From NCBI GenBank assembly GCA_965209155.1, contig OZ242383.1, positions 2,306,051-2,370,050 of the forward strand: a stretch of 64,000 nt of DNA. Reading direction: 5' to 3'. Each line of letters starts with the position of its first letter. Positions within the stretch are counted from its first letter, which is position 1. Source of the DNA: a bacterium (lineage in GTDB: Bacteria > SAR324 > NAC60-12). Below the pieces are notes generated by a model. The model searched no databases, had not been told where the DNA came from, and saw only the letters and a list, made by a program, of their open reading frames with translations. The position numbers and the translations under genes are program-made. Shown here piece after piece: positions 18,765 to 29,385 of the stretch.

Positions 18765-19085
18765 ATGGCGATAATTGTTTGTGTTGTAGCGCAAAAAGGC
18801 GGCGTTGGAAAAAGTGCCATTGCGAGGACACTTGCGACCATCTACGTTAAAGCCGATTGGGAAGCAAAAATAGCTGATTTGGATGTCTCACAGACCACTT
18901 GTACCGATTGGAACAACCGGCGCATTCGAAATAATATCTTACCAGAAATCGCAGTTCAACAATATCCTCGTGTTACTTCTGTCCTGAAAGATGCCCAACA
19001 TCTTGACCTTATGATTCTGGACGCCCCCCCTCACTCTAGCCCCATAGGAAAATCAAAAATTACACGAGATTTCGCCTCATTTTGA
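18765..19085 (+). pseudogene. ParA/MinD-like ATPase N-terminal fragment (Walker A AQKGGVGKS), truncated after ~100 aa.
   Basis: MAIIVCVVAQKGGVGKSAIARTLA...LDAPPH, then an unrelated tail and a stop. Confidence 0.5.
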
Positions 19086-19104
19086 ATTGCCGAGGAAGAG
19101 GCCC

Positions 19105-19287
19105 AGCACTTGACGGAAAAATGTGCCCATCTCCGTACAAGCCAATGCCCTCTATCTGCACTTTGTAGAACACCTGCAACGCCAAGGCTTGACCGTCCAA
19201 ACCGGACAATTCCAGGCGATGATGCAAGTCGAGTTGATCAATGACGGCCCGGTGACCTTCTTCTTAGAAAAAGAGGCCCTCTCTTAG
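19105..19287 (+). pseudogene. dtd: C-terminal fragment of D-aminoacyl-tRNA deacylase (dtd).
   Basis: The translation ...[48 protein letters not shown] matches the Dtd C-terminus (E. coli ...[22 protein letters not shown]). No N-terminal part upstream. Confidence 0.55.
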
Positions 19288-19381
19288 GTGAAACCTTCAA
19301 TTGCCATATTACACACGTTGTGTCAGATTGTGTAGATTAAGACGAAAAACAGTCATTCTCAAAAAAAAGAAAGGGGATCCG

Positions 19382-19675
19382 ATGAAAGGTCAAATCCGTC
19401 TCAGTGAGTCACTCATTAAAAAAGCGAAGATCTTTGCGGCAGCTGAAGGCCGTGAACCGAATCAGCAGATTGAGTATTGGGCCCACATTGGTCAATTGGT
19501 ACTCAATTTTCCGGATACGCCTTATTCGGTATTGCAAGGCATGTTGCTTGGCATTTGCCTACGCACCACATTTTTAGCCTCTGACGCTTCCAGCTTTGTT
19601 ACCGGGCATACCCTTGTTGCCGATGGCGGCTTACTTTCCGATGGTGGCTTAAATACGGTGGGTAAGCGCTTCTAA
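19382..19675 (+). pseudogene. Chimeric ORF: a ParD-like (PF11903-type) antitoxin N-terminus (MKGQIRLSESLIKKAKIFAAAEGREPNQQIEYWAHIGQLV) fused at about 19556 to an SDR C-terminal fragment (ASDASSFVTGHTLVADGG).
   Basis: Both halves are recognisable from motifs and the junction is mid-ORF. Confidence 0.4.
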
Positions 19676-19772
19676 ATTCCATGGGCGTGAACGGAGTAGC
19701 CTTCCAGGCAAGCGATACTTCAGGTAATATTTTCAGCAGTAGGCTTTCACTTTAAGAGAAAGGGAATACGAC

Positions 19773-20660
19773 ATGAATTCGAAACATAAACCGGTCGCCG
19801 TCGTGGTGGGAGCGACTTCCAAGTGGCAGGCAGATGGCCGGAATACCAAGTTGGCCCATGGCAGGGAGATCGACGATCGTGATCTACCGGTGGGTGTTCG
19901 CTGGGGTGTGGGTGGTGCGATAGCCCAAAAATTCGCCCAAGAAGGGTTCTTTGTGGTCCTGACAACTCGTCGCACCCCAAACGCAGCTCTGCTGGACCAG
20001 GCGATCCAAGAACAGGGCGGGGAAAGCATGATCGTCGAACTGGATTTGACCTCGAGTGAATCGATCGCTAATGCCTTCGCCAAAATCCGGGAACAGGTTG
20101 GCGATCCGGAGGTTTTGGTCTACAACGCGGGCTATCTGGAGGGTCGTGACCTTCCCCCTGAAAAAGAACTGCTGGAACACATCCCTCTTGAAATGTTTGA
20201 AACCGCGCAGCATATCTGCAGTCGTGGACCGTTCTTAGTGGCCAAAGAGGTCCTGCCTGCCATGCGAAAGCGAGGGAAAGGGTCCTTCTTGATTTCAAAT
20301 AATATCGCCTCGTTCCGTGGGCGAAAGCGAAATACCGGGGAGTCGCTCTATTATCCGAGGGTGATGATGCGAACTCTTGCTCAGGTGCTCACCGAGGAGT
20401 ATTCCGAGTTTGGCGTTCACGTTGCCAACGTTGTCATCGATGGCACCATTGACTCTCCCGGAACGAGGGCTTTGACAACGCAACCAAACCCTGATCTCGT
20501 GTCACCCAAGCGCAGTGGGGGACCATACCCCCTGCGGAGCGACGCCCTGGTGAATCCTGTCAAGATAGCTGAAGCTTTTTACTATCTCCATACCCAAGAT
20601 AAATCGACTTGGACTCACGAGCTTCAGCTGACCCCCTTCCTGATCAAACCAGGCTTTTAA
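19773..20660 (+). CDS. NAD(P)-binding Rossmann-fold oxidoreductase (atypical SDR-like).
   Basis: AVVVGATSKWQ...GGAIAQKFAQEGFFVVLTTRR, NAGY. 295 aa. Confidence 0.55.
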   Translation: MNSKHKPVAVVVGATSKWQADGRNTKLAHGREIDDRDLPVGVRWGVGGAIAQKFAQEGFFVVLTTRRTPNAALLDQAIQEQGGESMIVELDLTSSESIANAFAKIREQVGDPEVLVYNAGYLEGRDLPPEKELLEHIPLEMFETAQHICSRGPFLVAKEVLPAMRKRGKGSFLISNNIASFRGRKRNTGESLYYPRVMMRTLAQVLTEEYSEFGVHVANVVIDGTIDSPGTRALTTQPNPDLVSPKRSGGPYPLRSDALVNPVKIAEAFYYLHTQDKSTWTHELQLTPFLIKPGF

Positions 20661-20816
20661 CCAATGAAGATGAGGACATGCGATGCAACAAGATAAGATT
20701 GAAAAAGTATCCGATGCGCTAGCCGCCGCATGGCGAGACGGCGGGCAGCGAGATCGTTATCCGCTACGGCGATGTGGGTGAAATCCAAGCAAAATTTGAA
20801 TGAAAGGAGTCCCATT

Positions 20817-21010
20817 ATGTCCGATAATGCGCAATCCACTCGTATTCACGCATCCCGCACGGTAAACAGGCTGGAAAACAAAGTCGCGATCATCACCGGC
20901 GGAAGCAGCGGCATTGGCGAAGGCACTGCCCACGTATTTGCCCGGGAAGGGGCTAAGGTCATCCTCCTGGCGCGTCAGGAGCAGAAGGGCCGGGTGGTCG
21001 AAGCGGCGAT
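20817..21010 (+). pseudogene. N-terminal ~65-aa fragment of an SDR oxidoreductase.
   Basis: MSDNAQS...NKVAIITGGSSGIGEGTAHVFAREGAKVILLAR after the RBS AAAGGAG, then unrelated sequence. May be the missing N-terminus of the SDR C-fragment at 19556-19675. Confidence 0.5.
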
Positions 21011-21093
21011 CACGATTCAAGAAAATCTCTACATTTTGATTCATGGCAAGAGGCATGGGATGTGTTTCAAAAGAAATGCCAGGAGAAACTAAG

Positions 21094-21528
21094 ATGTCAC
21101 TAAAAATGCTTTTAATAAAGTTTCAATCCGTAAATGACACTTTCACGGAAATTAACAATGCGATCACCAGTCGCACGGGTCTTGTTCAAGATAAGCATTC
21201 TCTGTTCTTTGACTCCATCAAAACCTTCAGGCAGTTTTTGACTCTCCAAAAGATAGAGATATTGACTGCAATTTCAAGGGTGAATCCTAGCTCTATTTAT
21301 CAATTGGCCAAACAACTTGATAGACAACCTCACCATGTTTTAAAAGATTGTCGATCACTAGAGTCGCATGGTTTTATAAAGCTGACAAAGTCAGATGGAA
21401 AGAAAGGGCAATTGAGACCGGAGCTCGCATTTGATTATGACGTCATTCACGTTCTAGGAAGTTCTGAGACTTTTCATCCTATCAGTGTAAAGTCTTGCCG
21501 TGTCTTAGATGAACTGGTAGCGATCTAA
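21094..21528 (+). CDS. Hypothetical protein, possible winged-HTH regulator.
   Basis: The segment KIEILTAISRVNPSSIYQLAKQLDRQPHHVLKDCRSLESHGFIKL resembles a MarR/ArsR-like wHTH. No stronger signature. Confidence 0.3.
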   Translation: MSLKMLLIKFQSVNDTFTEINNAITSRTGLVQDKHSLFFDSIKTFRQFLTLQKIEILTAISRVNPSSIYQLAKQLDRQPHHVLKDCRSLESHGFIKLTKSDGKKGQLRPELAFDYDVIHVLGSSETFHPISVKSCRVLDELVAI

Positions 21529-21616
21529 ACTTTTCTGATTTGAAATGATCAGCAAAAGGGGGTCTGACTTTAATAGTTACGAAGGGATAAACAAATATTG
21601 ATGATCGAAAACAGAA

Positions 21617-23056
21617 ATGAGCAGAGTATTGATGATTCAAGGGACCGGTTCGGGCGTTGGTAAAAGCATCCTCGTCGCGGGTTTCTGTCGTTTGTTGGCC
21701 AATCGCGGGAAAAAAGTAGCCCCTTTCAAGGGACAGAATATGTCCTTAAACTCGGGCGTGACGCTCGATGGTTTGGAAATGGGAAGGGCTCAATTCCTTC
21801 AGGCTGAAGCAGCCCGTGTTCTTCCCGACGTTCACATGAACCCCATCCTGCTCAAACCCCAGGGTAATCATCGCTCTCAATTGATACGCCTTGGAAAGCC
21901 GGTGGGAAGTTTTCACGCGCGGGGATACTACGCACTGTTCAATGAAAATTTTAAAATCGTGCAAAATGCTTTTGATACGCTTGTCCAGGATTATGACTAC
22001 ATCATCATCGAAGGAGCAGGAAGCCCTGCTGAAATCAACTTACAAAAAACCGATTTGACCAACATGAAAATCGCTGCCTACGCCCAAGCCTCAGTCTTCA
22101 TTGTTGGTGATATTGATCGGGGAGGCGTTTTTGCGTGGCTCAAAGGAACTTATGATTTGATAGAGGACCGTTACAAGTCACTGATCAAAGGATTTATCAT
22201 CAATAAATTCCGAGGCGATCTCTCCCTCCTCCAACCCGGCATCGATTTGTTCGCCCGGATGTTACCTGTTAAAATCGTTGGCACGGTGCCTTTCATGACG
22301 CTGGATCTGGATGAAGAAGATTCCCAGGGAATTGCTTCTCGACCACGAGAGAACGCCCGTTTCCAAATCGCAGTGGTGCGCTTTCCTTTTATGTCGAATT
22401 TCACCGATTTCGCGCCATTGCAGATTCTCGATGAAATTTCGCTGCATTTTTTAACAACTCCCGATAACCTCGATGAGGTGGACCTCATCATTCTTCCCGG
22501 CAGTAAAGACACGATTTCTGATCTCCTTTTTTTAAAGCAAAGTGGATTTTACGAAAAACTACAACGACTTTTTGGCCACAAATTGATCATCGGCATTTGT
22601 GGTGGATTTCAAATGTTAGGACGCAGCATTGCGGACCCTGAAGGCATTGAAAGCGATATTCCACAATGTGAAGGTTTGGGATTCATTGATATGGAGACCC
22701 GTCTTGGAAAAGAAAAAATTCTTAAAAACCGGAATTATCATGGAAGAGGTTTTCTCAACGGGATCACCTGTTCCGCTTATGAGATCCACATGGGAACCTC
22801 GCAATTGCGTGATTCCCGAATTACGCAAGTTTTGGAAGAACCGAACACGTGTATTTTCCACGAGGAAAAAAAACTGTTGGGCACTTACCTTCATGGCTTT
22901 TTCGATCATCCCGGGATTGCCCAACGCGTCATCAATCTGGTAGATTCCGGTTTTGTGGTGCAACGAGACTATTTTGAAGAAAAGCAGCGACAATTGAATC
23001 AACTGGCCGAGTCCCTTGAAATCCATTGTGACCTGGAAAAAATCCTGCCAGAGTGA
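21617..23056 (+). CDS. cobQ: Cobyric acid synthase CobQ/CbiP.
   Basis: MSRVLMIQGTGSGVGKS, a CobQ/CobB/MinD/ParA-type ATP-binding domain, and a C-terminal glutamine amidotransferase domain (GICGGFQMLG). Confidence 0.85.
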   Translation: MSRVLMIQGTGSGVGKSILVAGFCRLLANRGKKVAPFKGQNMSLNSGVTLDGLEMGRAQFLQAEAARVLPDVHMNPILLKPQGNHRSQLIRLGKPVGSFHARGYYALFNENFKIVQNAFDTLVQDYDYIIIEGAGSPAEINLQKTDLTNMKIAAYAQASVFIVGDIDRGGVFAWLKGTYDLIEDRYKSLIKGFIINKFRGDLSLLQPGIDLFARMLPVKIVGTVPFMTLDLDEEDSQGIASRPRENARFQIAVVRFPFMSNFTDFAPLQILDEISLHFLTTPDNLDEVDLIILPGSKDTISDLLFLKQSGFYEKLQRLFGHKLIIGICGGFQMLGRSIADPEGIESDIPQCEGLGFIDMETRLGKEKILKNRNYHGRGFLNGITCSAYEIHMGTSQLRDSRITQVLEEPNTCIFHEEKKLLGTYLHGFFDHPGIAQRVINLVDSGFVVQRDYFEEKQRQLNQLAESLEIHCDLEKILPE

Positions 23057-23061
23057 ATCAG

Positions 23062-23628
23062 CTATTTGAAAACCGCGAGTTGTTGTAAAAAATCATCGAT
23101 ATTGGCAACGCCATGGCTTTGGCAGAAGGATTTCAGTTTCCCTTTCTGTTTCAAAAAAAACTCCTGTAACGAAGCTGCCTGTTCCGGATTGATGGTCTGG
23201 GCCTGTTGAATTTCGTACATAAAGGCGATGATGTCCAGGATTTTCAAATCCACTTCTAATTCTTCATTCTCTTCAATCTGAAGTCCTTCCAGAAAAGCCC
23301 GCTGCACCGTATCGAGCCGTTCGCGCAATCCTTCATTTTTTAATGCAGGAAGAATATCTCCGGTTGCCGACTCATGCAGGTCATGGGTCAAGGCCATCAC
23401 GATCAGTTGATTGCGCCGGGTTTCTTCGTACTGCCGGAATCGAGCCCAGTAAAGCGCCAGAAAGGCGGTACAAAAACAGTGCTGTCCCACATTCCAGTTT
23501 CCAAAACCCGAAACCGTGAAAGCACGTGGAATCTTGAATAGATTCATCACCACATCCAGGTTGGGATTCTTTTGAATTTCCGTCAAATACCCTTGTGGCG
23601 TCAGAATATCGATTACGTTCCGGTTCAT
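23062..23628 (-). CDS. HD-domain phosphohydrolase (YfbR-like).
   Basis: H...HD...E pattern: GQHCFCTAF ... ALTHDLHESATGDI. Confidence 0.5.
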   Translation of the reverse strand: MNRNVIDILTPQGYLTEIQKNPNLDVVMNLFKIPRAFTVSGFGNWNVGQHCFCTAFLALYWARFRQYEETRRNQLIVMALTHDLHESATGDILPALKNEGLRERLDTVQRAFLEGLQIEENEELEVDLKILDIIAFMYEIQQAQTINPEQAASLQEFFLKQKGKLKSFCQSHGVANIDDFLQQLAVFK

Positions 23629-23703
23629 TTTCCTCCTCCTGGCGATTGACCTCTGGTACGACTACTATCAGGTCCAAAGGTTCACAGTACATATCGTATT
23701 AGT

Positions 23704-23720
23704 TCCACTTGTCAAGTGGA
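23704..23720. promoter_or_regulatory. 17-bp perfect palindrome TCCACTTGTCAAGTGGA in the divergent intergenic region.
   Basis: Direct reading. Confidence 0.25.
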
Positions 23721-23907
23721 CGTTGCTTTTGTATAAGCCTGATCGAGTAGCGTCAATGAGATTGTTTTATATCATCAAAATCGGTTGATCTTCATTAACC
23801 ATTGAAAAGTTCAGGGCTCTCGGTTACACTTATATTGAAATACCAGCGAGTCGACGACATAAGACTCCACTATACCGTACCGTTCAAAGTCTCTGAGGAC
23901 AATATTT

Positions 23908-24765
23908 ATGAAAGACGAGTTATTGCAACGTCACACCGTGACGCAGTGTTTCACATTGGGATTGCGGATTTATAGAATGAATCTCATCCCCATTGTCCTG
24001 CTGTCAATAGCGCTTCTCATCCCTTCTTTTGCAGCAGGTCTGATCCCATTCGAAATAGAGCACGTCGTTTTTTTTATCATAATCCGTCTGACCGAAGCAG
24101 CGATGGCCCTGGGAATCGTCTCTTTGATATTCCAACCCATTTTTCCGACAACGGGCATACTTAAAAGTGGCACATCCCGTTTGGGTTTAGGAGCGATCCA
24201 TATCGCTATTTTGCAGTTTATCATTATTCTGACAGGATCAATGTTTGCAGTTTTTCCTTTTCCCCTCAACATGATTCTCTTTGTTTTCCTGATGGTCAGC
24301 ATCTTTGTTTTTGCCTTTTCCCAGATTATTTACATTATTGAAGGGGAACGAGGGTTCCGTGCCATGATGGCCAGTTTTCGATTGGTACGCAGCAACGCTT
24401 CAAAAACCGTCATCACTATCATCTTATTGGGTGCATTGAAGTTGGCCTTATTCAGTCTGCTCTTCCTTACTTTTTTACCAGATTTCGAAATACAGCCTAC
24501 CGAACAATTGGAAGACTTACAGCAATTGGTAGCGCTTTTACAGACTCCGGAAACCTTAGGAGCTCTGCGTTGGTCTCAATATCTGGGATACATCGTCCTC
24601 TATCCCTTTTCTGCCATTGTCCTGGTTTTGCTTTACATCGATCTGAAAATAACGCATTCAACCCTGGAAGAAACGACTCTTTACAAAGCGGTATCGAACC
24701 TGCTCGTCGATCAAGTTCAGGAATCACCCGTGAACAAGGTGAAGAATCCCGGTGATCCCTCCTGA
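23908..24765 (+). CDS. Hypothetical polytopic membrane protein.
   Basis: Several hydrophobic helices. No recognised motif. Confidence 0.4.
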   Translation: MKDELLQRHTVTQCFTLGLRIYRMNLIPIVLLSIALLIPSFAAGLIPFEIEHVVFFIIIRLTEAAMALGIVSLIFQPIFPTTGILKSGTSRLGLGAIHIAILQFIIILTGSMFAVFPFPLNMILFVFLMVSIFVFAFSQIIYIIEGERGFRAMMASFRLVRSNASKTVITIILLGALKLALFSLLFLTFLPDFEIQPTEQLEDLQQLVALLQTPETLGALRWSQYLGYIVLYPFSAIVLVLLYIDLKITHSTLEETTLYKAVSNLLVDQVQESPVNKVKNPGDPS

Positions 24766-24825
24766 ATTTCAAATAAAATCGGTAACCGAGACAATTCATT
24801 CAGGGAAAAGTTGCGCATTTCAATC

Positions 24826-25404
24826 ATGAAAATCAACACAGCAAAATTCGTCATCAGCGCGGCATCGCGGCAACAATTTCCTCAAACCCGGTATGCTGAA
24901 ATTGCCTTTGCCGGAAAATCGAACGTGGGCAAGTCCACTTTGATCAATGCGTTGCTGAACCGAAAGCAACTCGTGAAAACGAGTTCGGTTCCGGGAAAAA
25001 CGCGCTTGATCAATTTCTTTCTCATCAACGATGAATTTACCCTGGTAGATTTACCGGGTTACGGTTTTGCAAAAGTGCCACGCGCGGTACAACAACAATG
25101 GCAAGGGTTGGTAGAAAGTTATCTTTCACAACGCTCTTGTCTGAAAGGCGTCATCTTGATCATCGATATCCGGCATGGTCCCACTGCAGAGGATTTGCAA
25201 TTGCAGCAGTGGTTGAGTCATTATCAAATTCCATTCCTGGTGGTCGCCAATAAAGTGGATAAATTGAAAAAAAACCAAGTGACCAGATATCTTGAAAATA
25301 TTCAAATCCCTATGGCATTGCCGGCATCACCGATCATGCATTCGTCATTGAAGAAGGTCGGTCGTCATCAAATCTGGCAAGCCCTTCTTCCTTGGTTGAT
25401 CTGA
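24826..25404 (+). CDS. engB: Ribosome biogenesis GTPase YihA/EngB.
   Basis: G1 AFAGKSNVGKSTLINAL. G3 DLPGYG. G4 NKVDK. Confidence 0.8.
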   Translation: MKINTAKFVISAASRQQFPQTRYAEIAFAGKSNVGKSTLINALLNRKQLVKTSSVPGKTRLINFFLINDEFTLVDLPGYGFAKVPRAVQQQWQGLVESYLSQRSCLKGVILIIDIRHGPTAEDLQLQQWLSHYQIPFLVVANKVDKLKKNQVTRYLENIQIPMALPASPIMHSSLKKVGRHQIWQALLPWLI

Positions 25405-25439
25405 TAAATGGCTTTCACTAACCTCTTCTCTCGGAATTC

Positions 25440-27656
25440 GTGATGCTGTTGGACACAATCAAGAAATGGAATTTGAAACAGCAGTTTTCTCCGGAAATCG
25501 GTAGTCGTCTCTTTGGCATATTTGCGCTCGTCTTCTGTATTGTTTTCCTCATTTATTTCGATTTGCAACATGGATTTACGAGTTGGGAAGCCATCAATTC
25601 CAAACTGAGCATTTTTGTAGCCATCAACGTCAATATCGTTTTGTTGGTATTGGTTTTCTATCTGATTTTAAAAAACCTGCTCAAGCTCCTTTTCGAAGGC
25701 CACCGTCAAGTACTGGGAGTGACCCTCAAGACCAAGTTGATCATTGCGTTTATCCTCATTTCCTTTCCTGCCACCCTCTCTCACCTTTTCTCCACTCTTT
25801 TCACTTATTCCACATTAGAATCCTGGATGTCCCGCCAGCGGGAAGCCACGATCCAGAACGCGCAAAGCGTTTCGCAAGCGTACTACCAGAACTTGCGTCA
25901 ATTGCTGCAAACCCAGGGATGGAACGTGGCAAACGCTCTCCTTGCGGATCCCGAGATCCTCCAAACGCCAGAGCGCTTGAACGGTCTTATCGAGCAAGGA
26001 GATTCCGTTGGCGTCACCATATATTCCCAAACACGTGATCCCGTATTTCAATCCTTGCGTACTCGACAAACCCGGGAAAATTGGAAACCCCCGACTGCAA
26101 TGGAGTGGGAACAAATCCTCGATCATCCGCAGGTTACTCTTTCCGAAACTCTGGGAAACCAGTTGATGTACCGTCATTTGCGCAAAGCTGAACTTGCTCG
26201 AAATACTTACTTCATCGAAATCCTTTATGTTGATTCCAGTCTTATCACCGAGGCCTTGGATGACCTCGATGAGCAAAAAATCAATACCCAAATTCTGATG
26301 GAGTCCGAAGAATTGATCAAAAATTACTACATTATCAGTTTGTTTCTGATGGTTTTTCTGATTGTCTTCGTGGCCACCTGGTTTGCTTTTTACCTGGCAA
26401 GAGGTTTTGTCCGTCCTATAGAACAACTGGCCGAAGCCACCCAGCGAGTTGCTCATGGAGAATTGGGCTATCAAGTGGTTGCCGCGAAGGGAAAACCCCT
26501 GGACAGTGATTTCGGCCAGTTGGTGCATTCTTTCAATTCCATGAGCCAACAGCTTCTGGAAAACCAACTGGCTTTGCAAAGGACCACGGCACACCTGCAA
26601 AAAAGCCACCGGGACCTGGAAGAGCACAGCCGTTTCGTCGACCTGGTTCTGGAAAATGTGAAAACCGGGGTGGTCTCACTCGACATGGAAGGAAGAATCA
26701 ACAGCCTCAATCGCGCAGCAAAAAGTATGCTGCAACTGAAAAAAATCAACTATGAGGAACGACACTACCGTGAAGTTTTAGACAAGGAATCTTTGATGAT
26801 GCTTGAGGAAATGTCCCGGGAGATGCAATCTAAAGCTAAAAAACCCGTCTCCCGGGAATTGACCATTATCAAGAATGATGCGCCCCTTCAGCTTTCAATC
26901 ACGCTCCTGCCTCTCAAAAACCGTGAAAATCGGAGGGTGGGCATGATCTCCGTCTATGAAAACGTCACTGAAATTCAACGACTGCAACGCGCACGGGCAT
27001 GGCGGGACGTAGCGCGGCGCATCGCGCATGAGATCAAAAATCCCCTCACGCCGATCCAACTTTCAGCCCAACGCATACGCCGAAAATTCCTTAAACAATT
27101 TCCAGAGGCCGACGTGTTGGATCAAGCCACCCGGACCATCATCCAGGAAGTGGAGTTGCTCAAAACAATGGTCAAAGAATTCTCCAGTTTCGCCCGACTC
27201 CCCGAATCCAATTTACAGCCCGGCAACTTGAACGCCACGATCGAAGAAGCTGTCCAACTTTATCGCAATGCAATTCCCGAGAAAATACAACTAGTTACCG
27301 ATTTGGACCTCCTTTTGCCTCGTTTCTCTTTGGACCACGAACAAATGAAGCGAGTCTTTATCAACTTGATCGACAACGCGCTTGCAGCCATTACTGACGA
27401 AGGGGAAATCAAGATTTCCACACGTTTCAATCCCGAATACAATATCGTAGTAACGAACGTCGTCGATACAGGTTCCGGTGTTCCTGCTGAAATCCAACCT
27501 CGTTTGTTTGAACCCTACATCACCACCCAAAAGCACGGTACCGGTTTGGGATTGAGTATTGCAGTTCAAATTGTGTCGGATCACAATGGCTTCATTCGTC
27601 ATCAAAACGTAACCACGGGCGGTTCCTGTTTTTCTATTGAACTGCCGGTGGGTTGA
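25440..27656 (+). CDS. ntrY: NtrY-like sensor histidine kinase (TM, HAMP, PAS, HisKA, HATPase).
   Basis: H-box AHEIKNPLTPIQLSAQRIRRK (NtrY signature). G-box GTGLGLSIAVQIV. N-terminal TM helices. No response regulator adjacent. Confidence 0.7.
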   Translation: MMLLDTIKKWNLKQQFSPEIGSRLFGIFALVFCIVFLIYFDLQHGFTSWEAINSKLSIFVAINVNIVLLVLVFYLILKNLLKLLFEGHRQVLGVTLKTKLIIAFILISFPATLSHLFSTLFTYSTLESWMSRQREATIQNAQSVSQAYYQNLRQLLQTQGWNVANALLADPEILQTPERLNGLIEQGDSVGVTIYSQTRDPVFQSLRTRQTRENWKPPTAMEWEQILDHPQVTLSETLGNQLMYRHLRKAELARNTYFIEILYVDSSLITEALDDLDEQKINTQILMESEELIKNYYIISLFLMVFLIVFVATWFAFYLARGFVRPIEQLAEATQRVAHGELGYQVVAAKGKPLDSDFGQLVHSFNSMSQQLLENQLALQRTTAHLQKSHRDLEEHSRFVDLVLENVKTGVVSLDMEGRINSLNRAAKSMLQLKKINYEERHYREVLDKESLMMLEEMSREMQSKAKKPVSRELTIIKNDAPLQLSITLLPLKNRENRRVGMISVYENVTEIQRLQRARAWRDVARRIAHEIKNPLTPIQLSAQRIRRKFLKQFPEADVLDQATRTIIQEVELLKTMVKEFSSFARLPESNLQPGNLNATIEEAVQLYRNAIPEKIQLVTDLDLLLPRFSLDHEQMKRVFINLIDNALAAITDEGEIKISTRFNPEYNIVVTNVVDTGSGVPAEIQPRLFEPYITTQKHGTGLGLSIAVQIVSDHNGFIRHQNVTTGGSCFSIELPVG

Positions 27657-27699
27657 AAAGCCTTGATTCACCAGATCAATGCTTTGAAACGCTTCCTTT

Positions 27700-29064
27700 T
27701 CAGCATTCTTTTCCTAAACTCAATATCTGGAAAAATTCCCCCAAAAGATAGAATGATCCGGACACGACGATGGGCTCCTCCTGCCATGCGTACAATCGTT
27801 CTAAGGTTTTTTCCACAGTGGTTTGTAATTCTATGGGTGGGAAACGGGGAGATTCTTCCAACACGGAGGCCAGAAAGTCGCTCAATTCCTCAGGAGACGC
27901 TGCACGAGGAGAGCGGGCTTGAGTGACAAAAATCCGGGATGCCTGTCCGCATAACCGGCTCAATGGTACTTTCAAAGGATCAATCAGCTTGTCCCTGGCG
28001 AATCCCAACACCAGCACGTAGTTTTCAATCTGCCAGACCTTCAATTGATCTGCCAGCGCCTGCAAGGCTATCGCGTTGTGTCCGCCATCGAAAACAATTC
28101 TGGAAAAGCATGAATTTTCGCGCTGCCCCTTCACGTTCTCGAAGTATTCCAGTCGTCCCGGCAGTTTGATACTGGCCGCAGCGCGAACCCATCCGCGTCG
28201 TTCTTCTTCAGGTGCCGCGGGGAAAAGGGTTTGCACTGCCATCATAACGGTCCTCAGACATTCCAGGTAGGGTAAAGTTTTTTGTTGAAGTCGTAGATTA
28301 CAACAAACGCTCACCTGGTCCGGCCATTGGAATCGATAGCTGCCATTCTCCTTTCTTTCAATCGACATCGTTCCCGCGTCGATCGGGGAGCTTCCCCCTT
28401 TTTCCACTTCCTGGATCAACCAGGCTTCGAGTTCCTCCTGTTGGACTGCCAGGACTGTAGGAACGCCTCGTCGGATGATTCCCAGCTTTTCTTTTGCAAT
28501 CGCTTGCAACGTCCGTCCCAGAACGTTGATATGATCAAATCCTATGGGGGTCAGGATTGACAGTTCTTTTTCAGTTACGTTGGTTGAATCCGCTTTTCCG
28601 CCCAATCCGGCTTCCAGAACAACCCATTCTACACCCGATTCTTGAAAAGCGAGAAATGCGATTGCAGTCAAAATGTCGAAGTATGATAAATAGATTTGCG
28701 CATTGAATGCTTCGACCTGCGCAAATACTCGACGTGCGCATGTTACAAAGAGTTTTTTAGAAATCCAGTGTCCATTCAACGCGATCCGTTCGCGAATATC
28801 CACAACATGGGGCGAACTGTAACAACCGTATCGCCATCCTTCCTCTTGAAGAACGGCAGCCAGCATCGCCCCGGTCAACCCTTTCCCCGTGCTTCCGGCA
28901 ATATGGATGATTCTGAAGGCTTTATGTGGTTCTCCCAATTCAGTCAATAATCGCAGAATACCACTGAGCTTGCTGATATCACGCGGAGTGGCAGAGATTT
29001 CATAACTGCCACATTTTTCCAGATTCCGCAAAATTCCCCGGTATTCCCTCTCTTGATCAATCAT
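27700..29064 (-). CDS. folC: Bifunctional folylpolyglutamate synthase/dihydrofolate synthase.
   Basis: Mur-ligase motifs IHIAGSTGKG, VLEAGLGG, FDGGHN. Confidence 0.8.
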   Translation of the reverse strand: MIDQEREYRGILRNLEKCGSYEISATPRDISKLSGILRLLTELGEPHKAFRIIHIAGSTGKGLTGAMLAAVLQEEGWRYGCYSSPHVVDIRERIALNGHWISKKLFVTCARRVFAQVEAFNAQIYLSYFDILTAIAFLAFQESGVEWVVLEAGLGGKADSTNVTEKELSILTPIGFDHINVLGRTLQAIAKEKLGIIRRGVPTVLAVQQEELEAWLIQEVEKGGSSPIDAGTMSIERKENGSYRFQWPDQVSVCCNLRLQQKTLPYLECLRTVMMAVQTLFPAAPEEERRGWVRAAASIKLPGRLEYFENVKGQRENSCFSRIVFDGGHNAIALQALADQLKVWQIENYVLVLGFARDKLIDPLKVPLSRLCGQASRIFVTQARSPRAASPEELSDFLASVLEESPRFPPIELQTTVEKTLERLYAWQEEPIVVSGSFYLLGEFFQILSLGKEC

Positions 29065-29385
29065 TTTCCTGATGCCTTAGATTTTATTTTGATATTTGCG
29101 CACTGCTACCGGTCGTTGGCGATATCCTGTGAATTCCGTTGCTATTTGTCTTGGCTGTTATTGAATTCGATATTGCGACAGCAGATAGTTATTTTTCAGG
29201 TACGACGATTTTTCTATCGATTTAAAAATAGAAGCAACAGCGGAAGGTGACAAACTTGAAGTACTGTAAAAAAGAGACCGGGTCGGAGAAGTGGATGGTC
29301 GTCGAGTCTCCGGTAGTATTCACGGAAAAACGGCGCAATCTCGAGAAAATCGAATCGTTGCTCCTGCGAACCGATTTATGGATTG

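Noticed and set aside
25815-26627. 270-aa minus-strand ORF.
   Set aside because: Antisense inside the ntrY-like kinase gene, with no motifs.
29260-29385. 41-codon ORF MVVESPVVFTEKRRNLEKIESLL resembling a carbon-nitrogen hydrolase N-terminus.
   Set aside because: Too short, and the similarity is weak. Possibly another gene remnant, but not supportable.
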